Assembly: GCA_964658305.1 (NCBI GenBank)
Contig: OZ210884.1
Span: 3,534,001 to 3,598,000 of the forward strand
Length of the DNA: 64,000 bases
From: Leptogorgia sarmentosa
Taxonomy: Eukaryota
Direction of reading: 5' to 3'
In this document: piece by piece, positions 54,310 to 64,000 of the stretch
Position numbering within the stretch: the first letter of the stretch is position 1
Layout of the letters: every line of letters starts with the position of its first letter
Program-made: the position numbers and the translations under genes
Notes under the pieces: generated by a model
Database searches by the model: none
The model's input: only the letters and a program-made list of their open reading frames with translations
Told to the model about the DNA's origin: nothing

Positions 54310-55864
54310 ATGAGATTTCTTCTGTTGTTCCTTATTTGTACTATCAACATCGTGAAGGTGTTTGGAGGTATGTCATATATAGGCCTGCATAAATTATAAT
54401 ATAAAGTATACTTGTATTTGTTGAAAAATAATAAAAAGAAACTATGCGAATGAGATTACAATCTCCTGAGATGACTAAGTGTGCATGGAAATCAAATTTG
54501 CAGGTGAATATTTTGACTTTAAACAGTAAATTTTGTCTTCGTTATTTTGCTCTGTACAAAGTTACTTTTCATCATGGTGTAAAAATGAACTTCGCAGGCT
54601 ACAAAGCAAGTCTTTCATAATTTTGCCTTTTTTGTCATCGTTGCTGGCTGTACCACCCATATTCCCAATAATTCGGTTCACATGATAGTTGTACTGAATA
54701 TCCCCTGGGGCTCGGGCTTTTTTGACCCGGCAATTAAATCGCTGACAATGTTCTAGTATACTAGAATCTAGTATAGTTTCGAACTTCACGCCAATGCATT
54801 GTATTCAGAAAACAAGTTTGGGTCGAAATAACTGGGAATAAAGTAATTTCGTGATTGCATTCCTTTTCTTTTCGAATTCTACCAGGCGTGAATGATAGCT
54901 ATTGGACCACCTGGCTAAACAGAGACAATCCTCGCCTGACTGGCGATTATGAATCCTATGCATCCTTTGTTAAGTATAATTTTGTAAGTGAAGTTAGTTA
55001 TGTAGCCAGTATTAATTAAAGAAGCAAGGTTCGAAATAGGTAGTTACGCTTTTTATTTTCATCGGTGATTAATATTATTATCTTTACAACTCTTAAAACA
55101 GGGTGAGAATGTATACAATTACAGTCGATTTCAGGTTGCCAAAACTGAAATGTTGCGTGAGAACTTGCGAAGCCAAATTGACATGTTGGTGAATCAAATA
55201 TACAGACGGTACCAACCAAAGTACTGAAGTACTGAAGGGCTCAGCTAATTAAGCTTAGACAAAAGAGAAAGGTTTCTTCGAGTAAAAGAAATCGCTAGTG
55301 CAAAACCGGCTTTAGTTCGCTATTTTTGTTGGGATCTTCAGTACTTTAATTGACCGACATCTATGCCAACCAGTATGCTTTGAAGTGTGACCTGAAATCG
55401 ACTGTAATCCTATAGCTTAGCAAGTAAACAAGAGTAGTATTTCTTTTCTAAATTGAGCGAGAAAATGTGAATAATATTCATGAATAATATTGTAAATAAT
55501 ATTCATGAAGAATTTAAAGTAGCTAAGTTATATTTGTCTGACTTCGTTTTCCTGCTTCCTCGAACCAGTTTCAACTTCCTTCAAGTTGTTTTGTTTTGTC
55601 TTGCAAGCACTTTGTTGGACGATATAGACGACGTGATTATATTAATTTTCTCTTTAAAAGGATTCTTTAATTCTTTGTAGGCAACATGTAAAATTGGCTT
55701 TGAACCAGTTGATGCCAAATGTAGAGTTAGATTCACAAAAATACCTTGGCAAGACTCAGGTGATGTTATTCCCGGTGGCTGCACAGCAAAAGGGATTGCT
55801 TGTGTGAACTATCTCCAGAACGGCAGTTCCTGTAATGACTATGAAATACAGTTTTTGTGTCGAG
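54310..55864 (+). CDS. Secreted WxxW-domain protein, copy 2; exons 54310-54367, 54886-54983, 55681-55864
   Basis: MRFLLLFLICTINIVKVFG-GVNDSYWTTWLNRDNPRLTGDYESYASFVKYNF-ATCKIG...DVIPGGCTAKGIACVNYLQNGSSCNDYEIQFLCR; same splice sites and phases as copy 1. Confidence 0.92.
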
Positions 55865-58800
55865 GTAAGTGCATTGTACCCGTTCTTTATTCGACGTGTT
55901 TCGTTAATGGAAACGCTTTCATTGGTAATTCAATCACATTTTATGTGACGTCTGCCGCATGCACGCACGAAAAAATCTCGCAGTGCTGAATAAACAAGCA
56001 CAATTTGCACATATAGAAGCGTATACGCTTCTATATAGTGTTACACTCATTGGTGTTCAGCACATGTAAACACATTACAGTTGATTTCAGGTCACTGTTC
56101 GAGGCGTGGTACCCATATTTGTGTTGAATATCGCTACGTTACCAAATTTATTATGTTGCGTGACAACTTGCAAACACAAATTGGGATGTTAGTGAGTTAA
56201 GTACTGATTAAGTTCCCAACACTTACTTAATCAGTGCAAAACGACCTTTAGTTTGGTATTTCAGTAATATACTAGTTCGCTACTTCAGTACTTTAGTTCA
56301 GTACTTCAGTACTTTAGTTGGGAACTTCAGTACTTAATTCACCAACATGCAAATTTGGCTTTGTAGTTTCTCGTGCAACATTTCAGATTTGGTAATGCAT
56401 ACATGCTTTGAAAATTGACCTAAGATCGACTGTATAATTGTGTAGCACAAAAATGAACAAATCGAGTGGAACATTACATCTATGAATTGTGTTCTTACAC
56501 CGAAGTAGTGGTGCGATAACCCTCCATGGTGTAAGACAAAATTTGATTAGTTTCAATACGGTAGATTTATAATCTGAAGATATAAACTACCTTATTTTCG
56601 ATGTTGTGAATCATAACATCCAGTATGTTATTAAACATAATTGCAATATCCTATAAAAGGAAAGACACAGTAATTGAATCAATACACCAGGAGTACTTCA
56701 ATGATGTCTTTCCACCAAAGTGGGTGGAAAGCAAGTAATTTATAGGAAAATGATATTTTATATCGATAAAACGTTTGAAAAAAAACATCGATTCCTTACG
56801 TTCGAAAATATACGTAAATATTATATTTATGCCCTCTATAAAAACTGTATAGTGTGCAACAAAACGCAGTGCTGCAATATTAAAGCACTCGTACATTAAT
56901 ACCCCTTGACGGAAGAACAAAGTAAATCACTACCATTCATGTCGGTAGTATCAACTATAATATGATGTTATTTTGAATGAACATCTACTTGGTTTATACT
57001 CTGCATAGATTTTGTTTATCTCCAAGGTCCGTTTACTTAGCAACCTGTTTGCTCTTTTGTTCGATGTAAATAAGCGGATTGGTAACAAATGTCCTGACGG
57101 CATTCTTACTCACACAAACATTGACAACTGATAGTTTACTCGTTCATTCGCGCTGAAAAATTACCCAGCGAGAAGTTTGAGCGGGTCTGGAAAATTTCTC
57201 GCCAATGAATTCGCAAGGTGGGTCATTTCCCAGTTATTTAAAACGCCCATAGTCAGTGCCTTTTTACATTTAAAACTTTCGGAGGTCCTTCTTCACGTTT
57301 AACTGTATATCTGATAAAGCATTCATCTTTTAATCAGGACTTGAAGTATTGAAGAACAATCGCAAATCACCTATAAATAGCCATGCGGGATTACTCTCAT
57401 TGCCGCACGTCAACGGTCAGGAGGCTTTCTACACCTATGTCTCCTAGATAAATAATGAAGGCCCGTTTCATTTCGTCGAATTTTGGTCGCATCGGATGCA
57501 ATTCAAACAATAAATAATGAATTTGGTCATCTCATTATCCATTGTTTGAATTGCATTCGATGCGACCAAAATTCGACGTATGAAACAAGCCGAACTCTAA
57601 TATCAGAAAAAAAATGGAACAAGATCTTGAGCTTGGCCCCCATCTTTGGGACCACTCCTGTGCCAACCATTGGAAGGTATGCCTAAAAAACGCACTACGT
57701 AACCTATTAGCAACAGTCAGTAAACTCGAAAGCAAGAGACTGTAAATTGCTGTGCCGTATTGAACATTTTCATTCAAATTTTATTTTTACAAGAGCAAAA
57801 ACAAAGATGGCGGAGAATATCAGTTTTGAAGATCAAAGCATGCAAAATTATTGCCACTGACTTGAATACATGGTACCCCTTGAATTTTTGCTGTAACTGC
57901 AAGTTGAGTGAGAACTATGAAGAAATCAGTAAAAGGTAAACTATTTAAAAATTGAAATTCTCTGATAGGAAACTTTTTGCTCGCTTTATATTTTTTTAAA
58001 AGTAATATTCCGAAATAATCTCTCCCAACTGTTTTTTCTTAGTTTTTTTTTGCCCACGCGTTTCCGACCATAAGCTTTAAATTGGTTTCAGCTAGACATG
58101 CATTGATCTCGTTCCAGGTCCCTTACATGTACAGAACAAGAGGACGAGGCTGCCGTGATTAGGACTGCACAAAAATATGATTCTGGAAAGAGGAATTCTA
58201 GATCTTGTCATATATTGTACTTTAAAGTATCTGTTATAATGAGATTGGATTCTAATAAACTATATTGAATGACTGACTATTATCATATGTGTGGATAGTG
58301 GCAAACAGCAAACCATGAACAGTGTACAATGAACAATGCGTGTTTGACGAACAGAAAAATGTGCGTGGTATTTTAATAGTTTGAGTCGGCATGTGAGTGC
58401 ATGTGCCGTCGTCAAGCATGAGGCTCCAGAAATAAAACTGATTAAGTTTATATTTGGAATTGTGTGCTCTACCGCGTAATATCTTAATAATATAGTGTTG
58501 AGCTTCCCTTTGGCTACATTTGATCATGCTCTCTGTTTTGTGTTTAAAAATACGTTCAAAGATGCAACAAAAAGAGCAGGTGTAACACTGGTGGAGAACG
58601 TGGGCATCAGCAAGGTAAGCGGCGAAAAACCAGGATTACCGGAAAATTGAGATATCCGTCAGGACAAATCAACAAAGCCAAGAGCAATGAACTGACTTCC
58701 TGATATCACAGGGACAGAAACGAGACCAATTAGCAAAACTATTATCACAAAATACCTTACAGGCCGGTGCGCCGTGAGTGCCATCACTCATCTTTTTTGC

Positions 58801-59631
58801 GATGGCGACAGGTGATCTCACAGAATTTCTAAACCACTTCGAATGCTATGCTAATTTTTGTGGATGAAAATCTAAACAGCGTCTACAGGCCAATTATTAT
58901 CCCTTTCCTTACAAGGTAATGCTAACTTAGTATGCTAGTCTAACATAATATCAAATAGTTTTGAGAGTGATGATGAATTTTAACAAACGGGCAGAAAGAA
59001 CGTTAGGCTTTTCAATATCACTTTGGCTTTTGCGTCAAGAATTCTCATCAAGAAAGCAAAATAAAACTGAGTCCTTAGCTATCTATACAGCAGAAATTAG
59101 GCAGCTATATAGCTATGCAACCGATTAGGCTCGAGTGTGAATGAGGCCATGCATTATTTTTTCAGGAACTTCATCCTGATTCAAAAGGCTATGAAATATT
59201 AGGACAACCGAATTAAAACTCTGGTAGAAGCAGGAAGTCTGGCCCATCTTAAAGAAGCTGTTTCGGCAAGCAATCATCAGTTGGCAAAGTATAAATTTGA
59301 ATTTCAGCTTTCAGTTCAGATACACTAGCATGTAAGCGGCAAACATGACAGCTTGTAATGATTATTTGAAACCGAGATATTTGGTCATGCAGTAAATAAT
59401 CACGCGATCAATACCGTTCGCGCCATCCCAAACTTGTCCAATGCACGGCTCGTGCAAATAGCATAGCAAAATTAGTTCGAGAGGCGGCAAACATAATACT
59501 TCATGCCAAAGTAAAGTCCTGGTTTGCATTTAAACGTGTCGTGTAAACACTGCACATGGAACAAATTCAACTGTCACAAATTTCTAGGCGTAATTGTCAT
59601 GTCCGTCCCGTCATGCAACTTGAGCGTCAAT

Positions 59632-60229
59632 AGGGACATTTAGATATTCGTTTTTTGGCTGAAACGTCAAACCGCAAACGTGAAGAAACCACGTGACTAC
59701 ATCCCAGCGGTTGCGTTTGCCGTATATTCTTGAGGTTTTCAACGACAGGAGAGGTTTTTCACGTAAATCATTTCCCTCAAGCTTTTTATATCTATTTTGA
59801 CGAATTATCTCGTGTAATTGTAGTCTATTTTTGTTGGTATACGTTTAGTCTTTAAATATAAATAATGACTGAGGTCGATTAAATCTTTTAAGCATGTTTA
59901 TTTCTCGAATTTGAAGTGGTCACTAGAATAGCATGTATTCAAAATGGCTGCAATATATTTACAACTTATATATTAAAGTTGTATTGCATTTTATCAATAA
60001 TATAACGAAGATATTTTAACCACTTAAAATGTAGGAATAGTTTAACTATCTTTCAAGAATCTTGTTCTTTGGAATGCTATGTCAACAGAATTTTTTGAAA
60101 AAAACTGAAAAGTTCTAACAACTAAATGCGAATGACATGTTATACGGCAAACCGCTAACCGCAAACGGCTAACCGCGGTTCGCGGTTAGCCGTTTGACGT
60201 CCAAGCCGGAAATCTAAACTAAGGTCTCT
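59632..60229. mobile_element. Harbinger-like non-autonomous element present only in the second duplication unit
   Basis: Starts AGGGACATTTAG, ends CTAAGGTCTCT; empty site GCGTCAATACTCATC at ~52526. Confidence 0.75.
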
Positions 60230-60397
60230 ATTACTCATCTGAGTACAATTCGTATGTATATATATTTGTCCTGGCATGAAAACTTCCTGCTGTGCATCTA
60301 TACGTCGCCTGAAAGTTAAATCGACAAGGAACGCTCTTGTTCATTCTATAGAAATCTTGGATTCTGTGATTCACGCTGTTTCCTCAAATGTAAGTGC

Positions 60398-60433
<36 letters not shown>

Positions 60434-61624
60434 TCGGCTCATTATGAGTCGTGTCCGATGCCTCACAAATTGTGGGACACCGATATAGAGATATATACAT
60501 GTCAAATATCATGCCAAACAGACTGAAAATAATAAGTGCAGCAGTTCTAAAATGTGTTCGGCTGTTTGGAGCGAGAGTATACAGATTAACTATAGTATCT
60601 GTACATCATTCGTTTATATATTGACATGCATGACAAATTGTTGGTCGTTTATTTAAATTAGAGATATTTGGCGCATCCACAGAACATTAAGCTAGTAATT
60701 GAATATCGAAGAGTTCGGAAATTCTTGAACATATTATTTTTGGCCAATAGCGAATTGTTGTTTGAATTATTGACAAAATCTTGACTGCAGCAGTATCTCG
60801 TATTTACATTTCAGAGTTTACAATTTGACTAGTGCAGGAAGTTGTTAAGTTGCTATGCTTCAATCCCACTGGATACTCGTGACATTATGGTTTAATTTGA
60901 TTTGCCTTTACAAACCTGCTGACATGTACGTTCGTTAATCGCGGAGACAACGCATTTTCGCAGTATTGTTGTCGATTATAAGACGAAACAAACTCTCAGA
61001 ATGATCGTTCTTTCCGGAAGCCGTGATATACGATAACTCGAAATAGGGAAGTAAATAGAACTGACAGGATGTTTTTTAGGCTGAATATGAATATTACCGA
61101 TATTCTGTAGCTCCCGCAATTCCTCATTCCCTGCAATGATTCACAATACAAAAATAAATATCGCGCGGAGTTTCTACGATTTGTTTCGAGGGAGTAAATA
61201 GGCGAAAACTTGGGCTTTCGATGAAGTGTTTGCAGAGTTCACAAAAAAATATCAGACCTTGTTGGAAAGCTGGCATGATTTGTCTTTGGACTAGATCCTC
61301 ATACTCACACGAGCAAAACAAATTTATCAATGAAAAATTTCTTCTTTGTACGGGGCTTTATCGGCAAACCAATAAGACCATCCGCTTGTGTTGCAATGTT
61401 ATGCTTAGCAAATAATTCCCAACTGGCGCGAAATTAAGTCAGTCAAATCTCAAATGACCGTGTTCTGCGTGCAATTTGAGGACGAGGAGAATTTTGATGA
61501 CGAGGCGAATTTTGAAGAGTGAGGGCGTTGCCATGGATACGTATCCAGATTCATGAACGTTGCCGTTGGAGACGTGCCGGGGAGTGAGTTCCAGGAGCAG
61601 TCCATGCCAGCATGTCTAACTGGA

Positions 61625-61810
61625 GTGGTTAAGGCATGGGTTAGGGTCAGGTTAAGGATTGGGCTGGGACAGGGGTCCATTTAGGGATTAGGGATTGAAA
61701 TGGTTAAGGTCAGGTTCAGGGTTTGGGTTGGGGTTTGGTCAAGGGTGTATTTAAGGATTAGGGTTTGAAATGGTTAGGATCAGGTTCAGGATTTCGGTTG
61801 GGGTTAGATT
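61625..61810. repeat. Degenerate TTAGGG/TTAAGG-like repeat tract (partial copy at ~53917-54070)
   Basis: GGTTAGGGTCAGGTTAAGGATT...TTAGGGATTAGGG units. Confidence 0.6.
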
Positions 61811-62460
61811 TCGATTGAGGTGATTAGTGACAGTTGTATTGTGTGGTGATGCCACTTGGAACGGTTACGAGGGTCGGCACTAAATCATGGTGACCTTACG
61901 CACAAATCTGCGTCTGCTGTACATTCACGTCAGCGGTGATAGAAATTTCTTTTGGCGTATTCACAAAATAAACCAGTAATCTGACCCTAACCTTTGGTTA
62001 TGGTTTGGAACTGGTGGTTAGGGTCAGATTTATCTAACACCGTGTTGATATTTAACACTGGAAAATTTTTCACCGTGTTAACACCTAAAATAAGGCAAGT
62101 TTAATGATATTTTATGGTGATGTGATATATTTTCGGTTTAACTATAACGTGGACAATACAGCCGAAGTTCGCAGCATTTGTGTACTTTTACATTACGCGC
62201 GCGGAAAGTGCGTTGCAACATTTTCGGAAGATTGTGAAATAAGGAAAGGTTCAATGTATTTCTGTCAGATGGTTTACCGCCTCGATTGTTTTGTCATTCT
62301 TCGAATTCCAGAATTCAAGTTTATTCCAGAAGGACATTCGGGTTTGAATGAATACTCTCGAATTCTATATCTCGTGCTTTTCTCGGGAATCAGTGGCTTC
62401 AGTGCTGTTTATTTTTTTTAGAGTTTTGCAATCCATGACATTATACAAGTTATGCAAAAA

Positions 62461-63873
62461 ATGAGATTTCTTCTGTTGTTGCTTATTTGTACTATCAACA
62501 TCGTGAAGGTGTTTGGAGGTATGTCATGTATAGGCCTGCATAAATTATAATATAAAGTATACTTGTATTTGTTGAAAAATAATAAAAAGAATCTATGGGA
62601 ATGAGATTACAATCTCCTGAGATGACTAAGTGTGCATGGAAATCAAATTTGCAGGTGAATATTTTGACTTTAAACAGTAAATTTTGTCTTCTTTATTTTG
62701 CTCTGTACAAAGTTACTTTTCATCATGGTGTAAAAATGAACTTCGCAGGCTACAAAGCAAGTCTTTCATAATTTTGACTTTTTTTGTCATTGTTGCTGGC
62801 TATCCCACCCATATTCGAGAGAATCTAATTGTCGCGGGTCGCGGGTTTTTGTCGCGGGTCGCGGGTTTTTTGTCGCGGGTCGAAAATTTTTGTCGCGGGT
62901 CGTAAATATTTGTTGTGGGTCGGAAATTTTTGTCGTGGTAAAGTTTTCTAAATGCATGTTGCCTGTGAACATATATCTCAAGACACTATTAACCATTTCG
63001 TTAAGCTCGACCAGAGCAGTCGAACCTAACGTTTAGGTCAAGCTTAACATTTAGGTAGAACCTAATTCGTTTCATACGTCGAATTTATCATGTGCTTCAT
63101 TAAAACAATTAAGTTTGGCACATGAGAAGTTCGACGTCTGAAACAGGCCTAAGGCCTTAATTGTTTTAATGAAGCACATGATAAGTTCGACGTATGAAAC
63201 GAATTAGGTTCGACCTAAATGTTAAGTTCGACCTAAACGTTAGGTACGGTTCGACTGCTCTGGTCGAGCTTGGTCGAACCTAATAACTGACATTAAGTTC
63301 GGCACATGAAAAGTTCGACGTCTGAAACGGGCCTTAATAGTGTCTTGAGGTATATGTTCACAGGCAACATACATTTAGAAAGATTTCGACCCGCGACAAA
63401 AATTTTCGACCCGCGACAAAAATTTTCGACCCGCAACAAAAATTTTCGACCCGCGACAAAAACCCGCGACAAAAAACCCGCGACAGGCGACAAAAACCCG
63501 CGACAATTAGATTCTCTCCCCATATTCTCCAATAATTCGGTTCGTATGATAGTTGAACGCCAAGCTGCCATTTTTAAAACTCTTATATTCACCCCTCCAA
63601 GGACTGAATATCCCCTGGTGCTCGGGCTTTTTTGACCAATCAAATCGCTGATAATGTTCTAGTATAGTTTCGAAATGCACGCCAATGCACTGTATTCAGA
63701 AGACAGATTTTTGGTCGAAATAGCTGGGAATAAAGTAGTTTCGTGATTGCATTCCTTTTCGAATTCTACCAGGCGTAAATGATAGCTATTGGACCACCTG
63801 GCTTGACAGAGACAATCCTGGCGGCGCTGGCGATTTTGAATCCTATGAAAACTTTGTTACGTTTGATTCAATT
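62461..63873 (+). CDS. Secreted WxxW-domain protein, copy 3 (partial; exons 62461-62518 and 63773-63873, remainder beyond the window)
   Basis: MRFLLLLLICTINIVKVFG-GVNDSYWTTWLDRDNPGGAGDFESYENFVTFDSI|GTAAGT. Confidence 0.9.
62817..63518. mobile_element. Mutator/foldback-type MITE with 9-bp TSD in intron 1 of copy 3, with a nested palindromic insert
   Basis: TIR GAGAGAATCTAATTGTCGCGGGT.../...ACCCGCGACAATTAGATTCTCTC and TSD CCCATATTC (62808-62816, 63519-63527). Empty sites are in copies 1 and 2. Confidence 0.92.
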
Positions 63874-64000
63874 GTAAGTGAAGTTAATTGTATAATTATC
63901 CAGCAGTAATAAAGAAGCAAAGTTGGTAGTAGGTAGTTACGGTTTTTATTTTCGTCGGTGATTAATTACACGGTTCGAGAAGTATTTATTAATGAAAAAT

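Larger units (their letters stand above)
47607..61780 (+). repeat. Recent ~8-kb tandem segmental duplication (47.6-54.07 kb vs 55.68-61.78 kb; unit continues into copy 3)
   Basis: Long runs of identical sequence; for example the spurious ORFs 48621-48890 and 56651-56920 translate identically. Confidence 0.97.

Noticed and set aside
48621..61680. ORFs repeated in both duplication units (e.g. 48621/56651, 53415/61124, 53741/61450)
   Set aside because: Their identity reflects recent duplication; several have non-ATG starts and none shows protein-family features.

Overview
AT-rich eukaryotic DNA with GT-AG introns and many MITEs, probably from a marine invertebrate (cnidarian-like; inferred, not shown). 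It has three parts. (1) Two cassettes, about 7.0-26.1 kb and 30.4-41.6 kb, are each bounded by a pair of diverged ~0.8-kb inverted arms. All four arms are homologous, and left resembles left while right resembles right. The interiors are different mosaics of broken transposon or virus-like genes, almost all on the minus strand: Ty3/gypsy RT, LTR-like pieces, Kolobok/Mutator-like transposase, a Ulp1-like fragment, GRF zinc fingers, an LRR-mucin ORF, a dead C2H2 zinc-finger array missed by the ORF track, and a 68-aa acidic repeat. This suggests either small-RNA (piRNA-cluster-like) trap loci or giant cargo-carrying elements. (2) Ordinary MITE/Helentron-rich spacer DNA. (3) From about 45.1 kb, an ~8-kb tandem duplication carries three copies of a spliced gene for a small secreted WxxW-domain (mucin/CILP type) protein. 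Its coding exons differ mainly by amino-acid changes while flanking non-coding DNA is nearly identical. All alignments were done by eye; no database searches were run.
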